Assembly (NCBI GenBank): GCA_965603825.1
Contig: CBFDEM010000002.1
Location: 248,001-312,000 of the forward strand
Reading direction: 5' to 3'
Origin: Blepharisma stoltei ATCC 30299
Taxonomy: Eukaryota; Protista; Ciliophora
DNA: 64,000 nt
Below are positions 11,826-23,248 of the stretch, piece after piece. Under the pieces are notes generated by a model, which had not been told where the DNA came from, searched no databases, and saw only the letters and a list, made by a program, of their open reading frames with translations. Numbering within the stretch: position 1 is the first letter of the stretch; each line of letters begins with the position of its first letter. The position numbers were made by a program, and so were the translations under genes.

Positions 11826-12299
11826 ATGCAGGCTTCAACAACAGAGAATTTAGAGCAAAAATTAATTGAAGAAAACGAGAAGCTCCTAAAGCAATTATAC
11901 GACATACAAGAGTCAATTGACCAACAAAATTCAATGGCTGAAGCGATTGAGAATGACACAAAAAAATTAAAACTAATGCTGCCTTTTGCTCAACTTTTTA
12001 CAAATTGCTCTGTAAAAGAGCCTTCAGAACCTGTTAAATATGCGAGAAATATTCTTAATGAACTGAAAAGAATCCGTGAAGCTATTGCAGAGGAATCTGA
12101 GGATATACAGAAGCTTGAAAATGAAAAAGCAAGCTTAAAAGAATATGAAGCCCAGCTCAATAAAGACTTGGAGCCTTTTCAAGAGAAGCCAGTAGGAAAT
12201 ATCTCTCCAAGGAAAACTATTATGCAAGAAATCAAAGAAAGCAAGAAGAAAACTGTGAAGGGCTACAATTACAAGACAATTCATGGTAATAAAACATAA
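11826..12299 (+). CDS. Coiled-coil hypothetical protein, 157 aa
   Basis: Intact ORF with E/K/Q heptad composition. Confidence 0.7.
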   Translation: MQASTTENLEQKLIEENEKLLKQLYDIQESIDQQNSMAEAIENDTKKLKLMLPFAQLFTNCSVKEPSEPVKYARNILNELKRIREAIAEESEDIQKLENEKASLKEYEAQLNKDLEPFQEKPVGNISPRKTIMQEIKESKKKTVKGYNYKTIHGNKT

Positions 12300-12349
12300 A
12301 TGAGATTTTTAGAATAACTATTTGCAATTAGATGCCAATATTTTTCATT

Positions 12350-13285
12350 TTATCTGTTAAAGATATTAAAAGACCTTTTTTCATCTTTAATAACAGGAGC
12401 ACTCTGAATTTCAACAATTGCATATTTTTCAACAAATATTATGATTGAAGTGATTAGTTCACTTGCTATCGATAAAACCAGCACTAGCGTGACCGAATCA
12501 ATTGAAGCTTCGTCTTCAGATTTTGATAAGTTGCACGCAAATAAATAAAGCAGCAAAATCACAAGTTTGTAAATCGCATTTATGATAAGCAGCGCAGAAT
12601 ATAGCTTAAGATATTCTTTAATTCCTGACTTCTTAGACCCATAGAAACCGACAAAGCTCATCACAAACGTTAAAGTCCCTGATGTCAAAAACGAGTTAGT
12701 AAGCCACCTATAGCTAGTATTTTCTGTAGTAATTACTAGAGTTGCTCCACAGGCCATAACTGCAAGTCCAAAAAACCCTGATACAAGTGCCATGATCATA
12801 GCCATGCTTTGTAGTCTTTCCATGCTTTTAAAAGACAATCGTATCACGCACCTCCTTTTCCTTTGATTTTCTCGATGATTTTCAATTTCTCCAATAATCA
12901 TGTTGATTACAAAAAGGATATCAGTTTCAGGAAACTCTATGTATTTGCATCCGTTTTGCTCTGCTTGGATTTTTGCTTCAATGGCTGATATTTTTCTCTC
13001 CTCTGAATCACTATTGCAGCCAACTAGGATTTTTGGAATGGGTATATTTGGGAGCATAGAAAGAGTATTCGGTAATGAGTTTTCAGCAGCTAGATCAAAA
13101 AGGACCAATGCACCATCCTTTTCGTCGATATCTTCAGGAATTACATATGCTTCAGCTTTATCTAGCACCACGTCATAAGGCAGCTCCATTCTCTTTGAGT
13201 TTTTATCGTAGCAAAGCTTAAATTTGGTTTTGCCAGCTCCTTTTCCGCCTAAAAGTATAATTTCGAGTGCTTGCCTGTATTCCAT
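12350..13285 (-). CDS. Degenerate Ras-superfamily GTPase domain fused to a tetraspanin-like 4-TM domain
   Basis: IILLGGKGAGKT (P-loop), DGALVLFDL, IPKILVGCNSD (G4-like), ERKIS..EAK..AEQNGCKYIE, then four hydrophobic helices including SFVGFYGS..EYLKLY. Confidence 0.8.
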   Translation of the reverse strand: MEYRQALEIILLGGKGAGKTKFKLCYDKNSKRMELPYDVVLDKAEAYVIPEDIDEKDGALVLFDLAAENSLPNTLSMLPNIPIPKILVGCNSDSEERKISAIEAKIQAEQNGCKYIEFPETDILFVINMIIGEIENHRENQRKRRCVIRLSFKSMERLQSMAMIMALVSGFFGLAVMACGATLVITTENTSYRWLTNSFLTSGTLTFVMSFVGFYGSKKSGIKEYLKLYSALLIINAIYKLVILLLYLFACNLSKSEDEASIDSVTLVLVLSIASELITSIIIFVEKYAIVEIQSAPVIKDEKRSFNIFNR

Positions 13286-13363
13286 TTATCTATTATTATT
13301 ATTGTATTAAAATGCAATTATAAAATAACACATAATTATGGATATAATTAAGAAGTTATAAAT

Positions 13364-14227
13364 ATGGATATTAAAGAAATTGTTAAAACTGTCAGAGTAC
13401 CATTAATTTCAAGGTGTGGAAAAACCTTAACTTTTTCTCAATCTCACAAATATGGAAAAAGTAAGGCGCATCATCTTCAGAAATCGTTTAGTCATAGTGA
13501 TTTGAAAAAAGAATTGGTTCGAGTAAGAACAGAAATGAGACTCTTGGAGAAAGAAAACTCGGAGAGAGGCGAAATGACGTCATCTTTTAAATGTCCGTCG
13601 AGAAATCAAAGAGAAAGGGTATTTTCAAGCAAGAATGAAGAAATTCCTCCAGCTACCAAGTATAATCCCCTTTTTACGCTTGTTAAGCCTAAAGTAAAAG
13701 GAGGATACTTAGGGCGGCCAAAAAGTGCAAGTCCCAAAAAGCAAAGAATAAATTTGCCTATCTGCCTAAATCATGAATTAGACTGCAAATATCCTATAAA
13801 GCCCGCAATAAAATCTTATTCTATTGCAAATGGGATGGAATTGAGCGAATATGAAAACTTAATTCAAAAGGTTTCGAGAATAAAAAAACATAGAACACCA
13901 GAAACTCAAAAACTGCATACCCCAGAAGTAAATTTCAACAAGCAAATTGAAAGAAAATATATCCCATTAAATTTAGTACACGAATCTCGGTTTGAGCTTA
14001 AAAGAGATCCATTTCCAAGAAATTCTTCTCCAAACTTTGCAAAATCATTAGAAAGGAAACAATCTGTTGCCAAAGATGATTTTAGGGCTTATCAGCCTAA
14101 GTTTGAAGCCATCTATAAAAAAACAACCCAAGATATCGACTTCAGCAAGATGAGCCCTAGGCTCCCAACTTTTGACATGAAATCAAAAAACTTTGATTAT
14201 ACTGTGTCAACAGCAATTACTAATTAA
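13364..14227 (+). CDS. Basic low-complexity hypothetical protein, weak SHIPPO-like motif
   Basis: Intact 287-aa ORF; motifs IPPATKYNP, AYQPKF and repeated (V/I)xFxK. Confidence 0.65.
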   Translation: MDIKEIVKTVRVPLISRCGKTLTFSQSHKYGKSKAHHLQKSFSHSDLKKELVRVRTEMRLLEKENSERGEMTSSFKCPSRNQRERVFSSKNEEIPPATKYNPLFTLVKPKVKGGYLGRPKSASPKKQRINLPICLNHELDCKYPIKPAIKSYSIANGMELSEYENLIQKVSRIKKHRTPETQKLHTPEVNFNKQIERKYIPLNLVHESRFELKRDPFPRNSSPNFAKSLERKQSVAKDDFRAYQPKFEAIYKKTTQDIDFSKMSPRLPTFDMKSKNFDYTVSTAITN

Positions 14228-14240
14228 AATAATGTATAAG

Positions 14241-14870
14241 TTATGAAAGGAAAGCTCTTTTTGTTTTTATAAAGCTATAAGCCATCAGCATTACATTCAA
14301 ACTGATGACTACAATAGCGAGTATCATGCCTTCTTTCATTTCAAAATTTTCGCTTTTAAACCTTTGACTGCTGGTTGATTTAATATCTCCAAATTTTCCC
14401 ACACCAAGATATATTACATATCCTAGAGAATACCAAAAAGTTGGCATAATCAGAAATACCCACATAACTCTGAATCGGAAAGCAGACCTGTTAAAAGCTA
14501 AAAAGTGAAAGAAAATACAAGCAGCGATTGATATTAATGTAGCAATTCCTGAAAATACCATAACAGCTCCAGCACTTTGGAAATCATCAATATAGTCACA
14601 AAAATCGGGGCAACTTCCTTCTATTAGGCCTTTTAAAGATCCGCAAGCGTCACTTTTGACGTCGCTAATGGAATTCTCATTTTGGAGGTTTTCGAAATCT
14701 GTAAATGTGCCTGCGTAGATTAATCCGAAATCCCACCAGCAGTAAGAAAACCATCTATTGAGTGCAAGATCAACTATTATGAGAATAAATATAATTGCAG
14801 AGGCTGAAATGTAAATTATGTGATGGTATTTGGCAACTTTTGGCTTCTCAAACTGTTCTTCACGATACAT
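14241..14870 (-). CDS. Claudin/PMP22-like 4-TM membrane protein
   Basis: TM1 followed by W...WDFGL, a Cys-containing loop, three more TM helices and a basic tail. Confidence 0.65.
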   Translation of the reverse strand: MYREEQFEKPKVAKYHHIIYISASAIIFILIIVDLALNRWFSYCWWDFGLIYAGTFTDFENLQNENSISDVKSDACGSLKGLIEGSCPDFCDYIDDFQSAGAVMVFSGIATLISIAACIFFHFLAFNRSAFRFRVMWVFLIMPTFWYSLGYVIYLGVGKFGDIKSTSSQRFKSENFEMKEGMILAIVVISLNVMLMAYSFIKTKRAFLS

Positions 14871-15342
14871 TTTATTATTTTAGATTGTTCAACATATAGA
14901 TTGTAAAATTGTTAATTTTTTAATTAATATATCAAACATATAATCTATTCTAAGGGTGTTTAGTTTTATTATAGGCTAATATAAATAATAAAAATTGTCA
15001 TTTGAATTGCTCAAAAATGCTTTTTACATGATTTATTGATGCATAGATATCATAGTAATATTTTAAAATGCCAAAGAAACATTAGATTGCCTTGTGAATT
15101 TGCTTTTCAAGGAACTTTAGCTATCAAAAAAAGCAATTCTTAGGTCATAAATCTAAACAATATTAAACGTTTAATTTAGATAAAATATTAAATACAACAA
15201 TAAGCACCTTAGATTTTTGATTGTTGTAAATAACCAAATTATTGTCATTTATAAGATTTTATTATCTCTGATCTGCTTCGAAAATATGTCCCGAGTTATC
15301 AAAAGCATATATTCATAATGCAATAAATTATCAGTTACCAAT

Positions 15343-16704
15343 ATGAGGTTTGTCAACAATTTATCATGGGCATTTCACGTAAATGGTTCAACTCTTTCAG
15401 GCGCTCTCGATGTAATAGTTATCGAGCATGAAGACGGCACTCTCCATTGCACTCCATTTCATGTTATTTTTGGGAAATTCAAAGTTCTAAAGAGCAGGGC
15501 AAAAATTGTAAAAATCACTGTTAATGGTGTTTTGACTGATATCACAATGAAATTAAATGACAAAGGAAAAGCATATTTTGAAGAAAAAAGCACTAATGAA
15601 AATTTCCCAGAAGAAGAGAAAAATTATTCACAAAAAAGAGTATCAAGAAATACGCTTTGGGCAAAAGAAAGCTTCCATGGAAATGCTCATCGCTCTAAAT
15701 CTAATTCAAAGGCAGCACCTCTTGATAAGAAAAATAATGCTGAAATACAAAATGCAATTGAACAAAGAATTGAGCTATCTTTGTGTGGTGATGAATTTTT
15801 AGGGAGCGATAGCCCTGAAAGTGCATTTGAACAATATAAGGTATCTTTTAAGAATTTTGAAAAAAATTTATATGATTTTCTAAGCAATGAACAATTGATA
15901 TTAAAAATTGATGGAGAGTTTCACTCTCGAGAAACAGGGATCCCATTATTATATTCAATAATATCATCATACGAACTAGAAGACAATTTTGAGCATTTAT
16001 CTTTAGAAACTGATAAATCTCCTCAATTTATTAAAACTTATGTGCTTGACTCAAATCGACTGCATCAGCTTGGACTGAGATATGGTGCCAATGACGTAGA
16101 ATACACAGTCTTTAGCCGACTTCAAGGAAAAAGGACTTTGAAATGCAAATTTTATTTATGGCCTTATACAAGCAAAATTATAGTCTCAGATATAGATGGG
16201 ACTATCACCAAATCTGATTTTTTAGGAATTGTATTGCCAGCTATTGGGGTTGATTGAACTCGGCCAGGAGTTGTCGAGCTTTATAGGTCACTTTCAGAAA
16301 AAGGCTATAAAATCATTTATTTATCTTCTAGAGCAATCGGTCAAGTAAAATCAACTAGACAGTTACTAACTTCAATTACGCAAGAAAATCAAGTTTTGCC
16401 TGAAGGACCTGTAATAGTTTCCCCCGATGCTGTATTCACTTCTCTAGTTCGGGAACTTATTAAACATGTCCCTCATATTTTTAAAGCAAATGCGCTCAAG
16501 CAAGTGCTAGATCTTTTTCCTCCTGATACACAACCATTTTTTGCAGGATTTGGCAATAAGCTTACAGACTCAATCGCATATCGCCAAATAGATATCCCTA
16601 TAGAAAATATTTTTATTTTCAATGATCATGGTATCGTTACTCCTGGCTCAGGGGTTTCAATCCATTCATTTGATGAAATTAATAACTACATTTCTGCAGT
16701 GTAG
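15343..16704 (+). CDS. Lipin / phosphatidate phosphatase (Lipin_N + LNS2), ~453 aa
   Basis: TLSGALDVIV, PFHV.FGK, SDIDGTITKSD, D-W(TGA 16255)-T, YLSSRAIGQ, FAGFGN. Confidence 0.93.
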
Positions 16705-16735
16705 CCAATTGTTAAATAATAATTAAAAATAATTT

Positions 16736-17833
16736 CTAAAATATTGGGAAGGTTGGCAGCATATTGATGCCACAGATTCCGCTTCCAGCGACGTTTGCTA
16801 TTCTAATATAGCCTTCTTCACCCCATCAATTGCCCCAAGAATTTCTCACGATTCAATATGGTGTGGCATCTGTGTTATTATAGCCCACAATTACCACAGC
16901 ATGATTAAGGCCAGTCCCGCAGTCTTCAGTTAATATCCCGCTGTGATAAAATTGCCATATTTTAGGATCAGCATCTACCATTACAGAAATCGGCTGCTGG
17001 GCGACTGCGTTTAATAGTGATTCTGCATCATTAGGACTTACATAATTAAAATCTGATATTTTCACATATGGTTTTTTTATTTTTTTCTTTTGGCAATCTT
17101 CATTGGTAGACAAATAAGGGTATTTGCTGTCTTTAACAATTCCGTTTAGAATGACATAAGAAAACGCTTGAGATGGGGTGCCGCCATAGCACCCCTCACT
17201 TCCAAATGAGCCTGAACAATCAACCAGCTGTTGTGGAGAAAGGCTTGCAGTCTTATTAGTAGCGATATATTGAAGACTTTCAATACTAGAAGCTGCTGAG
17301 AATGCTCATGAACTAAAGCAACGTCCTTGATCTCGTATTGGCAGAACTGCGCCTGTATCTCTTCAGTCTAAATCTACAGGAATTTGAGGATTTTCTTCAA
17401 AAGTCGCAATTTTCTTATTTGAGATCAGAGGAATATCAATTTTATTCATCAGGAATTGGCTCTGAAAATCTGTTGTAGATAAATCAGCGAATTTATTTAT
17501 TGAAAGTGTTCATGATTTTCCCAGCATGTTATGATACCTAATAAAAGAGTAATTAATCAAAAAGTTTTTGAAATGAGTGAAATACTCGTCTTCTGTCTCA
17601 TAGTTTTTATTATACCTTTCTAAAAATTCTTGGAACTCATTCTCGTCTGAAATCTTTTGCCTTAATTTTCTTTTGAAGGGATCGCTGAAGCCTTGTCTGA
17701 TAGGATCATTTATAAAGTTTAAAATAGGTAAAATAGAAAATACAATTAAGATCAGGCCAAATATTGGTAGGAGGAAGCGAGTATATCTCTTGAAGGTCTT
17801 TTTGCTATCTATACCAAAAGAATTTTCCATCAT
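16736..17833 (-). CDS. Papain-family (cathepsin-L-like) protein with N-terminal TM anchor and catalytic Cys replaced by Ser, 365 aa
   Basis: One frame through 5 TGA=Trp. ERFNIN-like prodomain, INKFADL, LDWRDTGAV, DQGRCFSSWAFS, LSPQQLVDC, GCYGG, LNHAV, YWIVRNSWG, CGI; TAG at 16736-16738. Confidence 0.92.
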
Positions 17834-18063
17834 TTATATCCATTTTTAACCAATCATTTTATGAAATTTATCCGAATAGGTTGAAATATGAAACAATGAA
17901 ATTGAGAATTTCTGTTTGGTTATTGTGATTTAAGAGAAAATTCAAATAAATTTTTTATGAGAGTTTAAATATCAAACCAGCTATATGAGAATTTATGGAC
18001 TTTAATTTAATTTTATTCACTAAATTTCTATTGGGAACAAGCAAATCTTTTTATTAAATTTTA

Positions 18064-19638
18064 TTATTGATCAAATGCACTAAATGTCTTTCTATGTGGA
18101 GTGAAAAATCTTCCAGTCTTAGGAGTTGGAGGAGTCTGGAAATCAGTTGCAGTTCTTAAATTATCTATAGCTTTCAGAAGTGATTTCAATACATCTGGAA
18201 GGGGAGAATCTTCTTGATTAAGCTTAGAACACAAAATATATTCAATCAATTTTTGTGTAGTTTTTGCAAAATAATCTCTTTGGGCTTTTTCAGACCCTCT
18301 TACAGGTATGCTGCTCATAAAAGAGCGTTGAATTGTGCCAATCTGAATAGCAAGCATTTTTATGAATTTATGAATTGATTCAAGTCCATAATTCGCTTTA
18401 GCATACTCAACATATGTTGATTTTTGGTCTAAATGTTTCATAATTTCGCTTCTATCAGCTTTATAAGATATTTCGGTTTGTAGTTCTAAAATTAGGTCTT
18501 TAATAAACTTTATATCACTACTGTCATTATTTTTTCTTGAATAGAATACAAACATTTCGGATAGTTCTCTTTCCAACCGCATAAATTGCAAATCTCTGGC
18601 TTCTGAAGTGTCTGCAAGCTCATCAACTCTTCCTATTAGCTCATTTACTTTCTTTTCAAATTCTAAATTTGTTGAGATTGACGCGCATTTTTGTGTGAGG
18701 ATTTTGAAATCAGATTTTGGAGCTTTTTCTGCCAAAGTTTCATCGAGCTTTAGTATTGCTTGTTCTTGCTCCTGCTGAACTCTATTAAATACTGCAATTT
18801 CGTTTTGAAAGTCTATGATTTTGGCTGAGACTTCTGATAGATTCTTAGCAAGCTCTACTTTTGACACTTTTCCTTCAACCTCAAACTTGAATTCCTCCCA
18901 ATTTTTTTTCGAAATTTTATCTTCTATCATTTTCTTATTTTGTTCAATCAATTCTTTCATTTGATCTACTGATATCGATAATTTTCAATTCATATCTTGT
19001 ATAGCTGCATCAGACTCATTCCATTTTTTATTCATTTTTGATCCAAAGTTCACAAGATCTTCTTTTGTAATAAATTCATCAAGAACATCTTTAGAAAACC
19101 TCTCCAGCACCTTGATATTACCTTTCATATTTGAAAGCAAAGAATAATCCTGGTCTATTTTAACACGTAGCTGGCTGATTTCTGCATAAATTTTATTAAA
19201 ATCAGCAACCTTCGCACAATTATTAATCCCTTCAGTCAAAATTTTTGCATATGAATTAGTGCAGAGATCTTTAATTTCTTTTTCGATTTTATATATCTCA
19301 GTTTTGCCTGCTTTCTCTTTTAAATCATACGACATATCCTCAACAGTGTCTTTCAGGTTCCTTATATCTTTACTAAAATTGCTCACTTTCTCCAAAGAAA
19401 TTTTAATCTCAGCTTGAGAATTTTGGAAAGCTGTTATAAATTCACTTAATTCAGACCGATTTCTTTTATATCTCCTTTCGATCTCTTCTTTAATACAACT
19501 GACTGTCAGTGTTCCTGCAATTCATCCATCTATTTCAGTTTTGATAATATCAACAATCTGATTTTTTAAAGAGCCTTCTTTAAGAAGTTGAGAAATTTTG
19601 CTGAGACGGTTCTCAATATGAGTAATCCGATCTTCCAT
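18064..19638 (-). CDS. Coiled-coil protein, 524 aa
   Basis: ATG 19638 in frame with ORFs 19395 and 18960 via TGA at 19522 and 18985; repeated KA(D/G/P)K-type motifs. Confidence 0.8.
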
Positions 19639-19679
19639 CTAAATCTTAAATATTTATTAGCATCATATATAAAGCGATA

Positions 19680-21707
19680 TTAAAGAGGAATTAATTTCTT
19701 TTTCTTAATTTGCATCGCGCTGGTCTTTTCTTCAGCGATGTCAATTTGCTTCTTCACTACCACGGCTTTTTCGCCAGGCCTCAAGACCACCTTATAGGTA
19801 TCAGATCCAGCGTATGGTCCGGTGAGTTCAACATTCACTAAGGTCTTATGAATTACTTCGAGATCAAGTACCAAATCTTTTGAGCTATTTTCAATTGCAT
19901 CGACAAGGAATCCTTCTTTTACTTTTCCGTCCTTCCCAGTTCCATAATTGAGGACAGTATAACTGTAAATGTCAGGTCCAAGCGCCATTGGCTTTCCTAC
20001 AGCTTTGGCGAAATCGAAGTTATACACTTCTTGTATGAAATTTCTTTCTTTGAAAGTAACGTCTTCTACAGTAAGAGGAGATGCTGAGTAAACTGAAAAA
20101 CCAAGCTGATTAGTGAAGTTTTCTAACCAATTAACTTCAACGTAAACCAAATAGGTTCCAGCTTCAAGCTCAGAAAGGACCCAAACGTCTCTATCTTCAA
20201 AGTTTCCAATAGAGTTAATATAAGTTAGCCTGTTTCCTTGCTCTCTGGCGTAGTTATCATTGAGTTTTGCTGCAATGATTCTTGTGGGGGAATACTGATA
20301 TCCACTTTCTTCACCAAAAACTCTATCGTCTACTTGAGTGGAAATGAAATAAGTTTCTCCTGGGTTGGCTAAGGTTACTTTGAAAACTGCAAAAGCATCT
20401 TTGGATTGGGTGTAGTGAAGAGCTTCGTAGTAATAATCATCATGGACTCTGCAAATAGTCACATTTGAGAAATATTCAGCAAAATCATCAAATGCCATCC
20501 AGAAAGTGCCATCATTAACGTTACTCCAACCTAGCTCTTGTTTAAGCTGAGGAGTCCAAAGATCTGAGCTATCAGACCAGTCCCCTTGCCATTCTTGCTC
20601 ACCCCATGGATTTCTAATTTGCAACAATTTTTCTGGGCCTCTTCTTGATGTGATTTCTCTTGCAGCGATGACTGAGTAAGCATGAAGAGTGACTAAGCCT
20701 AGTTCGTTCACTGCATCTCCATTCCCTTCTTCGCCTGAACTGGAAGCTGTGATTATAAAATCCCTCTGATCTGCAGTTAAAACTTTTTGCCATATATTAT
20801 CATCTTCAATTGGGATTACCTCGCATGGTCCTCCAGTTAAGTCTCTAAGCGCATCTTGAGCAAAACCTCCATCAATTGCATAATAAGAGCCAAATCTTTT
20901 AGCCCATGCCTTTTCAAGTAAAAGCACCCATAATTCACTCACCCCACTCTGAATATTTGGCCCTGAAAAAGCACACTTTTTTGCTTTAGGATCATAAGGA
21001 AAATAATCATCAACTACGAAGTCATTCCAAATTCCCTGATCGCAAATATTGACTGTATAACATCCAGATGGCTGATACTCCTGAGTGTCAAACAGCTTTT
21101 GGATTCTATTTGGAAACTCTGCAATTGCAGACAGAGTTGACAAGAAATAACAGTCTCCTAAAGCTCCTTGCTTTATATCATTTGGATCAATGTTATTAAA
21201 GACTTTGATTGGCTGGCTGTATATCTCTGATGCACGTTTCCATTGGTAAGTTTTCCATAGCCTTTGATCGCTATATGGCAAAACAGAGAAGTCTTTTATT
21301 AAGTTAGATGCTTGAGGAGGAAATTGAGAATCGGTGTAAGGGACTTGCTGAGCTTCGAAGTTAGATCGGATACGATCTATTGCCCCTTTGTTTGAAGTTC
21401 CAATTATTAGTCCTTTGTAAAGACCAGTTCCAACTTTTGCCAGTTCTTCCTTAGCGCGAAATTCGACTTTTTGGGTGGTTGGGGGTAGAGCAGGAGGAGG
21501 AGTTTCCTTCTTTTCTTCTTTTACTACGATGGTGTTAGCTTTGGTTTCTTCCTTAGCTGCTGGTTTAGCAGCTTCTTTTGAGGTTGTTCTTGATAGTCTT
21601 GACTTGGACTCCTCTTTTTCTGATGTCTTTACTTCTTCTTTTTCTTCCTTTTTCTTAGGCTTGCTTTCCTCAGGTGTAGCTGAGGCTCCTTTTTTCCACC
21701 AAGCCAT
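19680..21707 (-). CDS. Calpain-family cysteine protease (CysPc + domain III-like region, no penta-EF-hand seen)
   Basis: QGALGDCYFLS, LLEKAWAK, LHAYSV, IRNPWG, DGTFWM; Cys-His-Asn triad intact. Confidence 0.95.
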   Translation of the reverse strand: MAWWKKGASATPEESKPKKKEEKEEVKTSEKEESKSRLSRTTSKEAAKPAAKEETKANTIVVKEEKKETPPPALPPTTQKVEFRAKEELAKVGTGLYKGLIIGTSNKGAIDRIRSNFEAQQVPYTDSQFPPQASNLIKDFSVLPYSDQRLWKTYQWKRASEIYSQPIKVFNNIDPNDIKQGALGDCYFLSTLSAIAEFPNRIQKLFDTQEYQPSGCYTVNICDQGIWNDFVVDDYFPYDPKAKKCAFSGPNIQSGVSELWVLLLEKAWAKRFGSYYAIDGGFAQDALRDLTGGPCEVIPIEDDNIWQKVLTADQRDFIITASSSGEEGNGDAVNELGLVTLHAYSVIAAREITSRRGPEKLLQIRNPWGEQEWQGDWSDSSDLWTPQLKQELGWSNVNDGTFWMAFDDFAEYFSNVTICRVHDDYYYEALHYTQSKDAFAVFKVTLANPGETYFISTQVDDRVFGEESGYQYSPTRIIAAKLNDNYAREQGNRLTYINSIGNFEDRDVWVLSELEAGTYLVYVEVNWLENFTNQLGFSVYSASPLTVEDVTFKERNFIQEVYNFDFAKAVGKPMALGPDIYSYTVLNYGTGKDGKVKEGFLVDAIENSSKDLVLDLEVIHKTLVNVELTGPYAGSDTYKVVLRPGEKAVVVKKQIDIAEEKTSAMQIKKKKLIPL

Positions 21708-21975
21708 TTAATATACGAAATTACCGTTTTAATCTAATACAATTAAATCTATTATCTTTATATTTAATGTTGAAATATGTTTGATATTTTATTTATTAAA
21801 AAATTGTGATATTTTAATTGTGAGTATATTAAATTATTACAGTCTGAATTATTAGTGTGAATAATTGCAAAAATATTTTAACTCAATTTTTTACTTTCGA
21901 AAAATAAATTAAAAATAATAATTAAAAGATTTCAGCAATTAATATTTATATGTAGTTTTAATTAATTAATCAAAA

Positions 21976-23220
21976 ATGAAAAGAGGGAAAAAGCAAGCAT
22001 TCGTTGGAATAGTAAAACCAAAAATTCCTCAAAAAAAAGCTGCTGCAGTTTCAAGATTTCTGAATTTACCTCATCCTCTTATTAGTGAAATACTTCATTA
22101 TTCAATCGGATCAAATCAAGATCTATTAGCATTATGCCAAACTTGCAAAATGCTTTATAATTTAATTTTTCAGCACAAGTCTATATGAGCCAGCTTATTT
22201 CTATTGAAATTTCCAAATTCATTATCAAAGCTTATAAATATCAATACACTTTCAAATGATCTATCTCATGGTATAGTGGATCAATCAAAAGATTGAAAGA
22301 ACCTTTATCTTAGCCAAGTCAAAAAAAATCAAGAAGCTCAGATTAAGAAACTAACCACACAGTTATCCAAGCTGACTTTAGACTCAACTTGTGGAACAAT
22401 GGAAAAAGCGATGAAAAATGTAAAACCCAAATTCAATTGAAGGTGCGGGAAGATAAGAATTGATATCGAACCTACTAATGTGGTTTATTTTAGATCTGGA
22501 ATGACAGTCAAATTATCTTTAGAACAGACCTGTAATCAGCTAGGATGTCTTGAAGCATCAATAAGCAATACCAGATTCCCCATAAAATTCTATAGCCAAA
22601 ATGAGAAAATGCTGAATAGCGGAAACGTCCATGCAAAAAAATGTGGAAATGCAGTTTGCATCATGCTAAATGAAAACGATATCACATTTATGTATTTTAC
22701 TATAAATTATATGGATATCATACCTCAATTAACAAAGTATGCTGTTAAGCCTAGAAGAGATGACATTGATAGCAACTTTGGGATGCATTCTTACACCCTG
22801 GGGCTCGAGATAAGGACTCCTCTTACTTCAATTGAAACAATTGTTTTTAGGGTTGTTGACTTTGTCCCTGAAGGCAATTTTGCTATATTTTATTCAGATG
22901 AATTAGAGTACAAAATAAACAAAAATAAATTCGTCATTAACTGAAAAACCATTGCATTTTCAGGGAAAATCCAAGACGTATGCATAGTAGATTGCATTTT
23001 GAGAAGCGAATTTGGAGAGCCTGTTTGGTGAATCAGCGAAGCTGACAAAATAGAAATCAAAGAACGCCATGGGTATAGAGGAGATGTATATTCCCTCCTA
23101 CTTCAAAAAGACCAAGGAGAAATTGAACTGTTTTTTGTTGATAACGATGCTTGGGAGCTAAAATCAATCCAACTTAGGCTATCTCTCAGCTATATTTCCA
23201 GCATTTTTGTCAAATCTTAG
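21976..23220 (+). CDS. F-box protein resembling FBXO15, 414 aa
   Basis: F-box FLNLPHPLISEILHY; TGA=Trp at 22186, 22294, 22438, 22942, 23029; DDIDSNFGMHSY and WKTIAFSG..C.VDC...EFGEPVW recall the FBXO15 C-terminal region. Confidence 0.8.
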
Positions 23221-23248
23221 GAACAATTTAAATAAATAAACATAATTA

